Part shown: piece by piece, positions 38,783 to 49,979 of the stretch
Numbering within the stretch: position 1 is the stretch's first letter
How the letters are laid out: each line of letters starts with the position of its first letter
Assembly (NCBI GenBank): GCA_039190005.1
Contig: JBCCYM010000005.1
Location: forward strand, 1-55,940
DNA from: Pseudomonadota bacterium
Lineage (GTDB): Bacteria; Pseudomonadota; Gammaproteobacteria; UBA12402
DNA: 55,940 nt
Direction of reading: 5' to 3'
Made by a program: the position numbers and the translations under genes
Notes under the pieces: generated by a model
Databases searched by the model: none
Told to the model about the DNA's origin: nothing
Seen by the model: the letters and a program-made list of their open reading frames with translations, nothing else

Positions 38783-39973
38783 TTAAGCAAAGCATAGTGT
38801 AAATATCCGCAAAACAACAGCTATCAAAATAAACACAAACATAATCAACGCGGTTGATAACAAAGTGCCGTTGTAAAATAATGGCACACAAATTGTACCT
38901 AGAAATCCTGAGCCCATGCGAATTACTGAAAATATCGTTACGCGGACACCCATAGGCGCGTCACTGGTTTCCAGTGTTAATCGGTTTAATATTGGCATCG
39001 CGATACCGCTGCCCAATAAAATCATCATAATTGAACCTATCAAGTAAAACAGTCCATTGGGTAATAAGTAAGCAATCAATACTGCTGCTATCACACCTAT
39101 AAATGAACAGCTTAGTCCTAAATTAATCAATAAGTGATTGCGATGATCACTGGCATATTTTCTGACCAGTTTTGTGCCTAAAATATAACTCGCGAAGATA
39201 AACGCTTGTATCATACCATAATCAAGTGTGCTGTAATGAAAATGATCAACCACGAGAAAAGGACCAACTAATATCCAAGCAACTAAACCGATAATTGGCA
39301 AGAACATTGTTAGCGCATACATAATAAAGGTTAAATTAAATAAAACTGTTTTATATTGCTTTATAATTTCCCCTAAATGTATTCGATTTGTTCTTTTTTG
39401 CACCGGCAATGTTTCAGGCATATTAAAAAATAATGCGATGACCATTAAACAACTCCAAATAGCTAGCAGGATAAAAATCCATCGCCAGTTGACAAACAAT
39501 AACATTGCGCCACCCAGCATCGGACCAACAGCTGGTGCAAGTATGGTCACACTCTGCATCAAGGCCAGTATTCTAATCGCTTCTTTTGAATCAAAGTACT
39601 CATTAATGGCAGCGTAACCGGCGATAAACATTGCTGGCATTGCCATGCCTTGAAAGAAACGGGCAATCAGAAAAATATGAATCCCCGTCGCGAAGGCGCA
39701 AAGTATTGTGCTAAAAACATAAAGCACACCACTAAACAGTAAAATTGGACGGCGACCATATCGATCAGACAGTGGACCAAATATCAGTTGTACGGCTAAA
39801 CCGCCTAATATCCACACCGTAGCAGTTAACTGCGTTATATTCGCGCTGATGCCAAATGTCCGAGCAATCATCGGAAAAGCCGGCATATAGGCATCCATAG
39901 ATAAATAAATGACCACTTCATAGAGCACCAATAGCCAGGGAAATAGTGAATTATTCGCTATTTTTTCTTTCAT
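38783..39973 (-). CDS. Bcr/CflA (MdfA-like) MFS efflux transporter
   Basis: DAYMPA, GPLSDRYGRRP, RFFQG, PAVGP.LGG and WRWIF. Confidence 0.92.
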   Translation of the reverse strand: MKEKIANNSLFPWLLVLYEVVIYLSMDAYMPAFPMIARTFGISANITQLTATVWILGGLAVQLIFGPLSDRYGRRPILLFSGVLYVFSTILCAFATGIHIFLIARFFQGMAMPAMFIAGYAAINEYFDSKEAIRILALMQSVTILAPAVGPMLGGAMLLFVNWRWIFILLAIWSCLMVIALFFNMPETLPVQKRTNRIHLGEIIKQYKTVLFNLTFIMYALTMFLPIIGLVAWILVGPFLVVDHFHYSTLDYGMIQAFIFASYILGTKLVRKYASDHRNHLLINLGLSCSFIGVIAAVLIAYLLPNGLFYLIGSIMMILLGSGIAMPILNRLTLETSDAPMGVRVTIFSVIRMGSGFLGTICVPLFYNGTLLSTALIMFVFILIAVVLRIFTLCFA

Positions 39974-40102
39974 TATTTAAAAAAATTGTCTCTCAAAAAA
40001 TTTAATTGCCGAGAGTATAGTATATTAAAAAAGATTTGCTTGTATAATTAGAAACAATGATAGTGAATTTTAGTATGTTCTATATTGATGATAAGCTCTA
40101 TT

Positions 40103-41047
40103 ATGAAATTAGATATAAAAAATATTAGCATAGCAATTTTAGGCACAGGCGCGGTGGGAAGCTATGTCGGCGCTTGTTTACAGCAATCGGGTTGTGATAT
40201 TCATTTTCTCGCGAGAAGCACATATAAGGCGATAAAATCAGATGGCATTACGGTTCACGAAGCTGATGGCAAAATTTTTAATATTAAAACAGTTAAAGTG
40301 TATAACAATACCGATACCCTACCAAAAGCTGATGTTGTTATTTTAACCACCAGGACGGCACAAAATAAAAGTCTTTTCGCGTCACTCGTGATCAATAATC
40401 TTCTCAAAACCAACGGTATCGTTATAAGTTTACAAAACGGCATCGATTTTGAGCGAGCGATTATCGCCGCTATTTCACCACATGAACTACTAAGCGGCAC
40501 TTCCTGGATTAAAGTAACACAATTAACCCCCAGTGTTGTCCGCCATGATTTTGGCAACAGGATACTTTTAGGCACATACCATAATGAACGGCTTAATGTC
40601 CCTGTTAGTCAATCCGGTAAAAAAGTAAAAGCTTTATTAGAGCACGCCGGTTTCGCGGTTGAATTAATTGAAAACATTCAAGCCGTACAGTGGACAAAAT
40701 TAGCATTGAACCTCCCTCTGTTCGCGTTTATGGCATTGTATAAAAAAAGCGCTTCTGAATTATTAAACAATGAAACCTGGAATCAACAGATCACCACGTT
40801 TCGTCAGGAGTTGATAAACACCGCCCAAGCCTGTAGCTGTCCAGTTGATCACATCTTTATTGATAAAACACTGGCAGATTTAAAAAAGATGTCTATTCCT
40901 TCACAAAAAATTATTGATGCCGCCGCCAATCGTGTACGCGTTGAAATCGAAGCAAATTTTGGCAATCTACTTAGACTACTGGAAAAGAAAAAAATTACCG
41001 CGTTACTATTAAGGAACTATTATGAAAAACTTAGCAATTTCTCATAA
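40103..41047 (+). CDS. Ketopantoate reductase-like oxidoreductase, divergent
   Basis: GTGAVG, LQNG and WTKL..N present; C-terminal motif altered; start uncertain (40085/40088/40103). Confidence 0.75.
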   Translation: MKLDIKNISIAILGTGAVGSYVGACLQQSGCDIHFLARSTYKAIKSDGITVHEADGKIFNIKTVKVYNNTDTLPKADVVILTTRTAQNKSLFASLVINNLLKTNGIVISLQNGIDFERAIIAAISPHELLSGTSWIKVTQLTPSVVRHDFGNRILLGTYHNERLNVPVSQSGKKVKALLEHAGFAVELIENIQAVQWTKLALNLPLFAFMALYKKSASELLNNETWNQQITTFRQELINTAQACSCPVDHIFIDKTLADLKKMSIPSQKIIDAAANRVRVEIEANFGNLLRLLEKKKITALLLRNYYEKLSNFS

Positions 41048-41071
41048 AGAGGTTGCTTCATATTACATTAC

Positions 41072-41422
41072 TTATCTTCTGCTTTTTGATAATTTTTTGT
41101 TACGTCTTTTCTTTTCAATGCTGTCATTAATGTATTTACATAACAAATTAGTATAAAAACGAATAACAGAGGTGAAAAACAGGGCAAGAATAGACGATAT
41201 ATACATATGTATACTGGAAAGCGCCGCGACTATAAGTGGTCTTCTTTCAAGAAGTCTATGATGCGAAATAGCCTGTCCTTTTTCAGCAGAAATGCTGGTT
41301 GTAGGAATAGAATCGTTGATAGCATCTTGCCGAGAAATCACATCTATTAAGCTGCTTACTGACCAAACGAAGACGGCTACGCATACACACAGGATTATAA
41401 TAAATCCGATAATTCTAGCCAT
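41072..41422 (-). CDS. Hypothetical membrane protein
   Basis: AGGAG SD; two hydrophobic segments; basic tail. Confidence 0.55.
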   Translation of the reverse strand: MARIIGFIIILCVCVAVFVWSVSSLIDVISRQDAINDSIPTTSISAEKGQAISHHRLLERRPLIVAALSSIHMYISSILALFFTSVIRFYTNLLCKYINDSIEKKRRNKKLSKSRR

Positions 41423-41468
41423 TAGAATATTCTCCTATTAAAACTTAACTGTACAAAAAACAGAGACG

Positions 41469-41613
41469 CCCTTCGACAAGCTCAGGGACCGCCTTCGACA
41501 AGCTCAGGGGCCACTTTTGGACAGGTTCAGGGACCACGTTACGACCAACTCAGAGATCATCCTTAAGTGAATTCAGGGAGATAGCATTTCACACTCGCGA
41601 AAGCAGGTATCCA
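41469..41613. repeat. Five tandem family-A units (22-23 bp period) plus a degenerate family-B unit
   Basis: Units at 41469, 41491, 41514, 41537 and 41560; B-like TCACACTCGCGAAAGCAGGTATCCA at 41589-41613. Confidence 0.85.
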
Positions 41614-41639
41614 AGGAAAAATCGCTTCTCTAATTTATT

Positions 41640-42056
41640 TTATTTGGTATTACTAGCTTTTTCTGTTTTCGCGACAGCCGCCGTACTCTCCACTTGGACT
41701 TCGCGATCGACTAACTCAACAACAGCCATTGGCGCCGCGTCATTCAAACGAAAACCATTTTTCAATACACGCAAATAACCGCCTGGTCGTTGTTTGTTTC
41801 TTGGGGCAATGCTATTAAAGAGTTTCTGCACCGCCGCTCTGTTACGCAAACGATTAAACGCTAAACGACGGTTAGCCACCGTATCTTGTTTAGCTAAAGT
41901 GATTAAAGGCTCAGCATAACGACGCAGTTCTTTTGCTTTCGGCAAAGTCGTCTTAATTTGTTCATGTTCAAACAAAGAAATGACCAAGTTACGGAAAAGC
42001 GCTTTTCGATGAGCACTTTCACGACCTAATGTTCTACCCGCGTGTCGATGTCGCAT
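41640..42056 (-). CDS. rplQ: 50S ribosomal protein L17
   Basis: [16 protein letters not shown] and RPGGYLR. Confidence 0.98.
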   Translation of the reverse strand: MRHRHAGRTLGRESAHRKALFRNLVISLFEHEQIKTTLPKAKELRRYAEPLITLAKQDTVANRRLAFNRLRNRAAVQKLFNSIAPRNKQRPGGYLRVLKNGFRLNDAAPMAVVELVDREVQVESTAAVAKTEKASNTK

Positions 42057-42073
42057 AATAATTCCCCAGTTGT

Positions 42074-43180
42074 TTATTCTTTGTCTTCAGTTTTATCAGT
42101 TTCAATAAGATTTTCAGCTTGATCTTCAGAAACTTGATCTTGATCTTCATCATCACCATCCAGGTCTTCTCTCTTTTTCAAATCTTTTTGCAATTCTTTG
42201 TACTGAGATTGTAAGTACGCTGGCGGCCAATTTTCAATCGGCGTGCCTAATGTATAACCGAGATCATGCAAGGCGCCTTTGATCTCATTCATTGATTTTC
42301 TGCCTAAATTAGGTGTTTTTAATAAATCTGTCTCACTTTTCATGATCAAATCACCAATGAGGCGCACGCCTTGAGTACGTAAACAGTTAATCGCTCTCAC
42401 CGTCAGCTCAAGATCCTCAACCGGACGTAGCAATAATGGATCTAAGGCGTTTTGTTCTTTTTCAGGTTCATCAACGGCGTAATTTTCCAGATCAACAAAC
42501 ACCTCAAGCTGTTTTTGCATAATTGTCGCGCAGCGACGTATCGCTTCTTCAGCGTCAAGTGTGCCATTGGTTTCAATATCGATAATAAGCTTGTCTAAGT
42601 CAGTACGCTGTTCAACACGAGCGTTTTCCACGGAATAAGACACCCGTTTTACCGGTGTAAACACCGCGTCAACTTGAAGCACACCGATTGTTTTATCGTC
42701 ATCGAGCTGACGTATGTTTGCCGGTTCATAACCGCGGCCTTTCTTAATGGTCACTTTCATGTCAAGTGAACCGTTTTCATTCAAATGGGCGATAATATGG
42801 TCGGGATTGACGATTTCAACATCGTGATTATCATCAAAATCTTTAGCGGTCACAAGACCTGGTCCTTTCTTACTCAAATTGAGTACAGTTTCTTCTTTTT
42901 CATGTAATTTAACAGCCAAGCTCTTGAGATTTAGACTGATATCCAAAACATCTTCTTCTACCCCTTCAATCGTACTGTACTCATGCGGCACGCCATCAAT
43001 TTGTATGGCTGTGACGGCATTACCCGGCATTGACGACAACAAAAGACGACGCAACGCGTTGCCAAAGGTATGACCAAAACCACGTTCAAATGGCTCAAGC
43101 ACAATCTTAGAATGCAATGGGGTAATTTGATCTACTTTTATTTCTTTTGGTGTTAAAAACTGATTTGGATTACGCGACAT
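42074..43180 (-). CDS. rpoA: RNA polymerase alpha subunit with an acidic C-terminal tail
   Basis: [27 protein letters not shown] and [10 protein letters not shown]. Confidence 0.98.
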   Translation of the reverse strand: MSRNPNQFLTPKEIKVDQITPLHSKIVLEPFERGFGHTFGNALRRLLLSSMPGNAVTAIQIDGVPHEYSTIEGVEEDVLDISLNLKSLAVKLHEKEETVLNLSKKGPGLVTAKDFDDNHDVEIVNPDHIIAHLNENGSLDMKVTIKKGRGYEPANIRQLDDDKTIGVLQVDAVFTPVKRVSYSVENARVEQRTDLDKLIIDIETNGTLDAEEAIRRCATIMQKQLEVFVDLENYAVDEPEKEQNALDPLLLRPVEDLELTVRAINCLRTQGVRLIGDLIMKSETDLLKTPNLGRKSMNEIKGALHDLGYTLGTPIENWPPAYLQSQYKELQKDLKKREDLDGDDEDQDQVSEDQAENLIETDKTEDKE

Positions 43181-43233
43181 CAATAACCTCTCTAAAAATA
43201 ACTACTTCCAATATACTCTACACAATACTCTGA

Positions 43234-43857
43234 TTATTTTGAATACAGCTCAACAATTAACTGTTCATTGATTGAAGGTGATATATCATCACGTTCGGGC
43301 AAACGTTTTATAACACCTGTTTTTTTCTTATGATCTATTTCAAGCCATTCAATCCCACCACGATTTTCAGCAAGATTAATGGCATCCTGAACACGCCCTT
43401 GATTCTTTGCCTGTTCACGTATCGCGATTTCATCGCCAGCGCTTACCGAAAAAGAAGGGATATTCACAGTCTGCCCATTCACTAACACGGCTTTATGGCC
43501 AACAAGCTGTCTGGCTTCTTTGCGCGTACGCGCCCAACCAGATTGATAGATGACATTATCAAGGCGACACTCTAATAATTGTAATAAATTTTCACCGGTC
43601 GAGCCTTTTTTACGTGCCGCTTTCTTAAACAAATTACGAAACTGTTTTTCCAAAACACCGTAGATACGCTTTACTTTTTGTTTTTCACGTAACTGCAAGC
43701 CAAAATTGGATAATTTACTAAGCCGTGTGCCTTTTAAACCACCAGGGACAACTTGGTGACGAATTTTTGACTCACGTGAAGTGACCCCACTGAATAAGGA
43801 TAAATCCTGTTTTTCTCTGCGTTCTTGTCGCCCTCTTGGGGCAAAGTTTCTAGCCAT
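43234..43857 (-). CDS. rpsD: 30S ribosomal protein S4
   Basis: [15 protein letters not shown] and IVELYSK. Confidence 0.98.
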   Translation of the reverse strand: MARNFAPRGRQERREKQDLSLFSGVTSRESKIRHQVVPGGLKGTRLSKLSNFGLQLREKQKVKRIYGVLEKQFRNLFKKAARKKGSTGENLLQLLECRLDNVIYQSGWARTRKEARQLVGHKAVLVNGQTVNIPSFSVSAGDEIAIREQAKNQGRVQDAINLAENRGGIEWLEIDHKKKTGVIKRLPERDDISPSINEQLIVELYSK

Positions 43858-43872
43858 AATTTTCCCCTGATA

Positions 43873-44274
43873 TTAAACGCGCCGTTTCTTTCTTGGACGA
43901 CAACCATTATGCGGTATCGGCGTAATATCTTTAACCGTATTAATTTTAACACCCGCAGCATGAAGTGCACGAATTGCCGATTCACGCCCCGGTCCAGGTC
44001 CTTTCACCTGAACATCTACATACTTTAAACCATAAAGGTCAATCGCTTTTCTTACCGCACTATCAGCAGCAACTTGAGCAGCATAAGGCGTGCTTTTTCT
44101 TGAGCCACGAAACCCACTTTTTGCTGAAGTTCCCCAACCAATTGTACCACCTTGCGGATCCGTAATAGTAACCATTGTATTATTGAATGTCGCAGCAATG
44201 TGCACAATCCCTTCAGTTACCTGACGCTTTGCTTTTTTACGTATTGTTTTTGTCTTACTGGTATTTTTAGCCAC
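43873..44274 (-). CDS. rpsK: 30S ribosomal protein S11
   Basis: [13 protein letters not shown] and PHNGCRP. Confidence 0.98.
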   Translation of the reverse strand: MAKNTSKTKTIRKKAKRQVTEGIVHIAATFNNTMVTITDPQGGTIGWGTSAKSGFRGSRKSTPYAAQVAADSAVRKAIDLYGLKYVDVQVKGPGPGRESAIRALHAAGVKINTVKDITPIPHNGCRPRKKRRV

Positions 44275-44310
44275 AGTTAATTTTCACCCATTACCTTGAT
44301 TGATTAATTA

Positions 44311-44655
44311 TCATTTTTTTCTACCTTTACGCGTGCGCGCATTGGTACGTGTGCGCTGGCCACGCATTGGCAATCCACGACGATGACGTATACCGCGATA
44401 GGTACCTAAATCGGTCAAGCGCTTAATATTCATTGAGGTTTCACGTCGCAAATCACCTTCAATTGTGTATTTTTCCACTTCCGCGCGCAATGCTTCAATG
44501 GCAGCATCATCTAATGTATTGACTTTAACATCAGGCGATACGCCAGCGTCCGCACAGATCTTGTGCGCGCGACTGCGACCAATACCATAAATATCAGTCA
44601 AACCAATACAAACATGTTTACCTGCGGAAATATTTACCCCTGCAATACGTGCCAT
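44311..44655 (-). CDS. rpsM: 30S ribosomal protein S13
   Basis: MARIAGV and [14 protein letters not shown]. Confidence 0.98.
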   Translation of the reverse strand: MARIAGVNISAGKHVCIGLTDIYGIGRSRAHKICADAGVSPDVKVNTLDDAAIEALRAEVEKYTIEGDLRRETSMNIKRLTDLGTYRGIRHRRGLPMRGQRTRTNARTRKGRKK

Positions 44656-44694
44656 TATTACCTCTTTAAATTATTACAAGCGACAAGGAGATGG

Positions 44695-44723
44695 ATAGTA
44701 CCTGACCATGCCACATAAATCAA
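44695..44723 (-). promoter_or_regulatory. Putative alpha-operon promoter
   Basis: TTGATT-17 bp-TACTAT on the minus strand upstream of rpsM; same hexamers as upstream of rplN. Confidence 0.6.
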
Positions 44724-44755
44724 CCTAAATATTGATATATTATCAAATAATTTCA

Positions 44756-44869
44756 TCAACCTTGACGCTGTTTATGTTTTGGATCAATACACAACACGCG
44801 AAGCTGACCATTACGTTTGATAATCTTACAATTTCTACATATTCTTTTTATAGATGCTCTTACTTTCAT
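44756..44869 (-). CDS. rpmJ: 50S ribosomal protein L36
   Basis: Not in the ORF track; translates as [37 protein letters not shown]. Confidence 0.97.
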   Translation of the reverse strand: MKVRASIKRICRNCKIIKRNGQLRVLCIDPKHKQRQG

Positions 44870-44894
44870 GTCTTTTCTTCCACTCTATTTTTAA

Positions 44895-46199
44895 CTACGA
44901 CCTATTCTTCTTCATCAATGAACTATATTGGTTTGACAATAAATGTGATTGTACTTGGGCCATAAAATCCATCGCCACGACGACAATAATCAGCAATGAC
45001 GTACCGCCAAACATAAAGTTCACATGCCAAACCGATGAAATAATCTGCGGCAGTAAAGCAACTGCTGAAATATAGATACCACCAAATAATGTCAAACGCG
45101 TCATCACCTGATCAATATAACGGGCTGTCTGTTCACCCGGGCGAATGCCTGGAATAAACGCGCCAGATTTGCGTAAATTATCGGCAATATCACGCGGATT
45201 AAAGACTAAACCGGTATAGAAAAAACAGAAAAAGATGACGCCAACGACAAAAATGGCAATTGATATGGGATGCCCTGGCTCCAAGACAAAACCTACATTG
45301 CGTAACCAGTGGAAATGTGGTGTATTTGCCAACCAAGTGGCGATAGTTGCTGGAAATAGAATCAAACTCCAAGCAAAGATGATAGGAATCACCCCCGCCA
45401 TATTAATTTTCAAAGGCAAATGCGTGCTTTGCGCGGCATACATTTTGCGCCCTTGCTGTCGTTTGGCTGATTCGATCTTAATACGCCGTTGACCACTCTC
45501 GATAAAAACAACAAATAATGTAACCGCGACAATGACAAGAATAATAATCAATAAGGTCAGCATTTGTATTTGCCCATGGCGTGCCTGCGTCAAGACATCA
45601 CCAATTGTCGCCGGGAAACGCGCGACAATACTAAAAAAGATAATCATGGAAATACCATTGCCGATACCTCGTTCAGTCACCTGCTCACCTAACCACATCA
45701 AAAATACGGTACCGGCAACTAAGGTAATTGTCGAAATAATGTAAAAATTCAAACCAGGCACTAAGGCGATACCTTTACCGCCTAACACACGTGAAAAGGC
45801 AAAGCCTTGAATGGCTGCTAACAGCACCGTACCGTAACGGGTATAATTATTGATTTTGCGCTGCCCTGATTCGCCCTCTTTTTTCAATTGTTCCATACTG
45901 GGAACGACTGCTGTTAACAGCTGCATAATAATGGAAGCGGAAATATAGGGCATAATACCCAAGGCAAACACTGAGAAATGATAGAGCGCGCCACCTGAGA
46001 ACATATTGAACAATCCAACAATATTATTGCTCTGATTGTTAAATAATTCATGCAATCGTTGCGGATTGATACCGGGTACCGGAATATGGACACCAATACG
46101 GTAGATGACCAAAACGATAAGCAAAAACAACAAGCGACGACCAAGCTCACCGCTACCTGTTTTTGATAATCCCATCTGTCCCGCTGAAGAAAATGCCAT
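44895..46199 (-). CDS. secY: Preprotein translocase SecY
   Basis: LGIMPYISASII, GIGNGIS, IPGIRPG and GGTSLLI; ATG at 46199 preferred. Confidence 0.98.
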   Translation of the reverse strand: MAFSSAGQMGLSKTGSGELGRRLLFLLIVLVIYRIGVHIPVPGINPQRLHELFNNQSNNIVGLFNMFSGGALYHFSVFALGIMPYISASIIMQLLTAVVPSMEQLKKEGESGQRKINNYTRYGTVLLAAIQGFAFSRVLGGKGIALVPGLNFYIISTITLVAGTVFLMWLGEQVTERGIGNGISMIIFFSIVARFPATIGDVLTQARHGQIQMLTLLIIILVIVAVTLFVVFIESGQRRIKIESAKRQQGRKMYAAQSTHLPLKINMAGVIPIIFAWSLILFPATIATWLANTPHFHWLRNVGFVLEPGHPISIAIFVVGVIFFCFFYTGLVFNPRDIADNLRKSGAFIPGIRPGEQTARYIDQVMTRLTLFGGIYISAVALLPQIISSVWHVNFMFGGTSLLIIVVVAMDFMAQVQSHLLSNQYSSLMKKNRS

Positions 46200-46203
46200 A
46201 GCT

Positions 46204-46635
46204 CTAATCCTTGACGGCACCACCCGCGGCTTCAATCAGCGTACGCGCGCCTTTCGTTGCTTTTAAACCGGATAATTGTAAGGGTTTTTCCACATCACCG
46301 TGGGCGATAACTTTGACAGATTTTACCGAAGCACCGATCAAACCGGATTCTCGCAGCGTTTGCATCGTCACTTCGCCATCAAATCGATTCAATTCATGGG
46401 TACGAATTTCATCCGCCACCAGCGCTTTTCTTGATCGAAAGCCAAACTTAGGCAAGCGACGCTGAATAGGCATTTGACCACCTTCAAACCCCGCCTTCAC
46501 ACCACCGCCAGAACGCGCTTTTTGTCCCTTATGACCACGACCAGAGGTTTTACCTTTGCCTGAACCTATGCCTCGGCCTAAGCGTTTACTAGTGTGTTTT
46601 GCCCCTTTATGCGGGCGTAAGGTATTCAAATACAT
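46204..46635 (-). CDS. rplO: 50S ribosomal protein L15
   Basis: RLGRGIGSG and GFEGGQMP. Confidence 0.98.
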   Translation of the reverse strand: MYLNTLRPHKGAKHTSKRLGRGIGSGKGKTSGRGHKGQKARSGGGVKAGFEGGQMPIQRRLPKFGFRSRKALVADEIRTHELNRFDGEVTMQTLRESGLIGASVKSVKVIAHGDVEKPLQLSGLKATKGARTLIEAAGGAVKD

Positions 46636-46636
46636 A

Positions 46637-46825
46637 TTATGCTTCCTCAACTTTGAGCAAATAAGCCACTTTGTTAATCATACCGCGATTACAAGGCGTA
46701 TCATCAATAACAACGGAATGATGCATACGACGCAAGCCTAAACCCTTGACGCAACAACGGTGCTTTTGATTGCGGCCGATAATACTTTTAATCTGTGTTA
46801 CCTTGATTTTTTTATTCGCTGTCAT
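46637..46825 (-). CDS. rpmD: 50S ribosomal protein L30
   Basis: [15 protein letters not shown] and RGMINKV. Confidence 0.97.
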   Translation of the reverse strand: MTANKKIKVTQIKSIIGRNQKHRCCVKGLGLRRMHHSVVIDDTPCNRGMINKVAYLLKVEEA

Positions 46826-47363
46826 GTTGTTTACCTAAAATTTCGGCGATAGTTTTACCACGTTTCGCAGCAATATTTTCCGGTGTCAACATTGATTTCA
46901 AACCATTAATTGTCGCCAAGACAACATTTAACGGATTAGGAGAACCAATAATTTTCGCCAATACATTATGCACACCTGAAACTTCAAAGACATCACGCAT
47001 CGCCCCGCCAGCAATAATCCCTGTACCAGGTGCCGCGGGCTTCATGAAAACTTTAGTCGCGCCATGATTCGCGGTGATGGGATAATAAAGTGTTTCCTTA
47101 TTGAGCTTAATCGTGACCATATTACGTCGCGCCGCTTCAGTCGCTTTCTGAACAGCGATTGAAACTTCTTTAGCTTTACCACGACCATAACCGATTTTAC
47201 CTTTACGATCACCAACCACAGCCGTTGCTGAAAAACTAAAATTACGACCACCCTTTACAACTTTGGTGGTACGACGAATATCAACAACACGGCTGTCTAA
47301 ACCATCGGTAATCGCATCACTGCTTTGCTGTTCTGCACTCGGTTTTGTACTTTGTTCTACCAT
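46812..47363 (-). CDS. rpsE: 30S ribosomal protein S5
   Basis: KVVKGGR and PGTGIIAGG. Confidence 0.98.
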   Translation of the reverse strand: MVEQSTKPSAEQQSSDAITDGLDSRVVDIRRTTKVVKGGRNFSFSATAVVGDRKGKIGYGRGKAKEVSIAVQKATEAARRNMVTIKLNKETLYYPITANHGATKVFMKPAAPGTGIIAGGAMRDVFEVSGVHNVLAKIIGSPNPLNVVLATINGLKSMLTPENIAAKRGKTIAEILGKQHDSE

Positions 47364-47378
47364 TTAACGTTACTCAAA

Positions 47379-47732
47379 TTAAAATTGTAATCCGGCTTCA
47401 CGCGCAGCTTCCGCTAACGCTTGCACCCGACCATGAAACTTATAACCAGAACGATCAAAAACAACACTGTCGATATTTGCTGCTTTTGCGCGTTCGGCGA
47501 CCAATTGCCCGATAATTTTCGCGCCTTCGACATTTCCCATCTTTTTACCGTGGAAAGATTTTTCCACCGATGAGGCGCTAGTCTTTGTTGTGCCGCTTTT
47601 GTCATCAATAATTTGCGCGTAAATATGCCGTGGCGTGCGAAAAACACTCAAGCGCAGCTTACCCAGCACTTTAATTTTAGCGCGTGTTTTCTTACTACGA
47701 CGCAATCTTGTTTGCTTTTTATTTAATATCAC
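47379..47732 (-). CDS. rplR: 50S ribosomal protein L18
   Basis: HIYAQII and [12 protein letters not shown]. Confidence 0.98.
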   Translation of the reverse strand: MILNKKQTRLRRSKKTRAKIKVLGKLRLSVFRTPRHIYAQIIDDKSGTTKTSASSVEKSFHGKKMGNVEGAKIIGQLVAERAKAANIDSVVFDRSGYKFHGRVQALAEAAREAGLQF

Positions 47733-47744
47733 TTGTTTATCCCA

Positions 47745-48311
47745 CTATTTTTTCTTCGTTTCTTTCAACTGAACCACTTCATCCGCGTAACGAACCCCTT
47801 TACCTTTATAAGGTTCAGGCGAACGAAATGCCCGAATTTCGGCGGCTACTTGACCGACAAGCTGTTTATCCATCCCCGTTATCATGATTTCTGTCGGGCT
47901 GGGTACTGCCGCGTCGATGCTCTCAGGCAAGGCATATTCAATAGGATGTGAGTAACCCAAAGCCAGCACTAACTTCTTGCCTTGTAATTGCGCCCGGTAA
48001 CCGACACCAACAAGCTTAAGTTTTTTACTAAAACCTTCGGTAACGCCTTTTATGCAGTTTTTTATCAAGGCGCCGGTAGTCCCTCCCAGCGCGTTGACTG
48101 TGCTTCTTTTTTTCAGCAGAGAACGAGATTTGGTATCAATTTCTTTCGCCACAACACGCAAGCTATTCTCTTCTTGAACCAGATCAATAAACGGATGCAG
48201 TTGATGCGTTAACTGACCTTTTGGTCCTTTGATGACAACAGTACGATCAGTAATATTTATCTGCACATCTTTTGCAATTTCTATCGGATTTTTGACAATT
48301 CGCGATTCCAC
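47745..48311 (-). CDS. rplF: 50S ribosomal protein L6
   Basis: KGPKG, GVGYRA and PEPYKGKG; GTG start after GAGGT. Confidence 0.97.
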   Translation of the reverse strand: MESRIVKNPIEIAKDVQINITDRTVVIKGPKGQLTHQLHPFIDLVQEENSLRVVAKEIDTKSRSLLKKRSTVNALGGTTGALIKNCIKGVTEGFSKKLKLVGVGYRAQLQGKKLVLALGYSHPIEYALPESIDAAVPSPTEIMITGMDKQLVGQVAAEIRAFRSPEPYKGKGVRYADEVVQLKETKKK

Positions 48312-48324
48312 GATAACCTCTCTC

Positions 48325-48720
48325 TTACGCCACTGTACAAATAATTTCGCCACCCACACCGGCAGCACATGCGGCACGACCGGTCATCACACCTTTTGAT
48401 GTTGATACTACAGCGATGCCCAATCCACCCATGACTTCTGGCAATTCATCATGTTTTTTATAAATACGCAATCCTGAACGGCTGATACGTTTCAGCTGTT
48501 CAATCACACCTTTACCGCGATAATATTTTAACTCGATGGTTAAAATCGGCTTCTTCTCCGCTTGATCAACAGCATAATCGATAATATAGCCTTCTTCTTT
48601 AAGCACCTTAGCCACAGCTATTTTTTGCTTCGATGATGGCATGGTCACTGATTTTTTAGCAGCAACCTGACCATTACGAATTCTTGTTAAAAAATCAGCG
48701 ATAGGATCTTGTAAACTCAT
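48325..48720 (-). CDS. rpsH: 30S ribosomal protein S8
   Basis: DPIAD.LTRIRN, STSKG and GGEIIC. Confidence 0.98.
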   Translation of the reverse strand: MSLQDPIADFLTRIRNGQVAAKKSVTMPSSKQKIAVAKVLKEEGYIIDYAVDQAEKKPILTIELKYYRGKGVIEQLKRISRSGLRIYKKHDELPEVMGGLGIAVVSTSKGVMTGRAACAAGVGGEIICTVA

Positions 48721-48745
48721 TAGTATTTAAACCTCTATTTTTTTT

Positions 48746-49051
48746 CTACCAACTTGCTATTTTCGCACCAGGAGCCTTGCCTTCCAAAACTAACTCACGA
48801 AAGTGTATGCGGCAAAGTCCGACTTTACGATAAACACCACGCGAACGACCACATATATAACAACGGCGTGTCACACGCGATGGACTGGCATTGCGTGGAA
48901 GTTTCTGCAGCTCATCGAGCAACTCCCAAGGCGTATTGCCAGCAGCATAACTCTTCTCAATTTCAGCTTTCAATTTATCGCGTTTCTCAGCAAAACGTTG
49001 AACAGTTTTTTCACGTTTTAACTCGCGTTGTTTCATCGACATTTTTGCCAT
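48746..49051 (-). CDS. rpsN: 30S ribosomal protein S14
   Basis: LPRNASP and PG..ASW; position in the spc operon. Confidence 0.97.
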   Translation of the reverse strand: MAKMSMKQRELKREKTVQRFAEKRDKLKAEIEKSYAAGNTPWELLDELQKLPRNASPSRVTRRCYICGRSRGVYRKVGLCRIHFRELVLEGKAPGAKIASW

Positions 49052-49052
49052 A

Positions 49053-49601
49053 TTAGCTTGCTCCCCCTTTTAATGGGAAACTGAACGCTCGCAATAATGC
49101 TGCCGCTTCCTCATCGGTATTAGCTGTTGTTGTAATTGCGATATCCAAGCCTCTTATTTTATCAATTTTGTCATAATCGACCTCAGGAAAAATAATCTGT
49201 TCTTTTAAACCAAGATTATAATTACCACGACCATCAAAACTCTTCGGATTTAAACCGCGAAAATCACGCACACGAGGCAGTGCTATTGAGATAAGACGAT
49301 CTAAAAACTCATACATACGTTGACCACGCAGTGTCACCGAGCAACCAATCGGCATGCCATCACGAATTTTAAAACCAGCAATGGATTTACGTGCTTTAGC
49401 GACAACCGGTTTTTGTCCGGCAATTTTAGTCATATCGTCAATGGCGCCGGTAATCATTTTTTTATCTCGCGCGCCTTCACCTACACCCATATTAAGCGTG
49501 ACTTTAGATATTTTCGGCACCTGCATCACGCTGCCGTAAGAAAACTTTTCAACCAATGCTGGCGTTATTTTTTCTCGATAAAGTTGTTGCAACCTCGCCA
49601 T
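49053..49601 (-). CDS. rplE: 50S ribosomal protein L5
   Basis: [15 protein letters not shown] and FDGRGNY. Confidence 0.98.
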   Translation of the reverse strand: MARLQQLYREKITPALVEKFSYGSVMQVPKISKVTLNMGVGEGARDKKMITGAIDDMTKIAGQKPVVAKARKSIAGFKIRDGMPIGCSVTLRGQRMYEFLDRLISIALPRVRDFRGLNPKSFDGRGNYNLGLKEQIIFPEVDYDKIDKIRGLDIAITTTANTDEEAAALLRAFSFPLKGGAS

Positions 49602-49605
49602 AAAC

Positions 49606-49965
49606 TTATGCCTCAATTTCTACTAATTCGTTATCAGCACGATAACATCGTATTTTGCCACGTTCTTCAGTCAATTTCATACCAATGCGACGTCCTTTTT
49701 GCGCGGTTGCGTCAAAAATCATAACGTTTGATATGTGAATAGCCGCTTCCTTAGAAACAATACCACCCTGTTCATTGACATTTGGGTTAGGCCGAACATG
49801 CTTACGTATCATCTGACAGCCTTCTACAATCACACGATCTTGGTCGCGCAGGACTGATTTTATACGACCGCGTTTACCTTTATCTTTGCCAGCAATAATA
49901 ATCACTTCATCGCCCTGTTTTAGGCGTGTTTTACCACTCGCTTTAAACCCTTTTGTTTTTTTCAT
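49606..49965 (-). CDS. rplX: 50S ribosomal protein L24
   Basis: [12 protein letters not shown] and EAAIHISNV. Confidence 0.97.
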   Translation of the reverse strand: MKKTKGFKASGKTRLKQGDEVIIIAGKDKGKRGRIKSVLRDQDRVIVEGCQMIRKHVRPNPNVNEQGGIVSKEAAIHISNVMIFDATAQKGRRIGMKLTEERGKIRCYRADNELVEIEA

Positions 49966-49979
49966 AATCTGTTTGCCTT

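Noticed and set aside
41469-41578. Tandem 22-23 bp repeats (also 6690-6826) as a CRISPR array
   Set aside because: Units are separated by only 3-4 nt with no unique spacers, there are no cas genes, and the same unit is dispersed through intergenic DNA.
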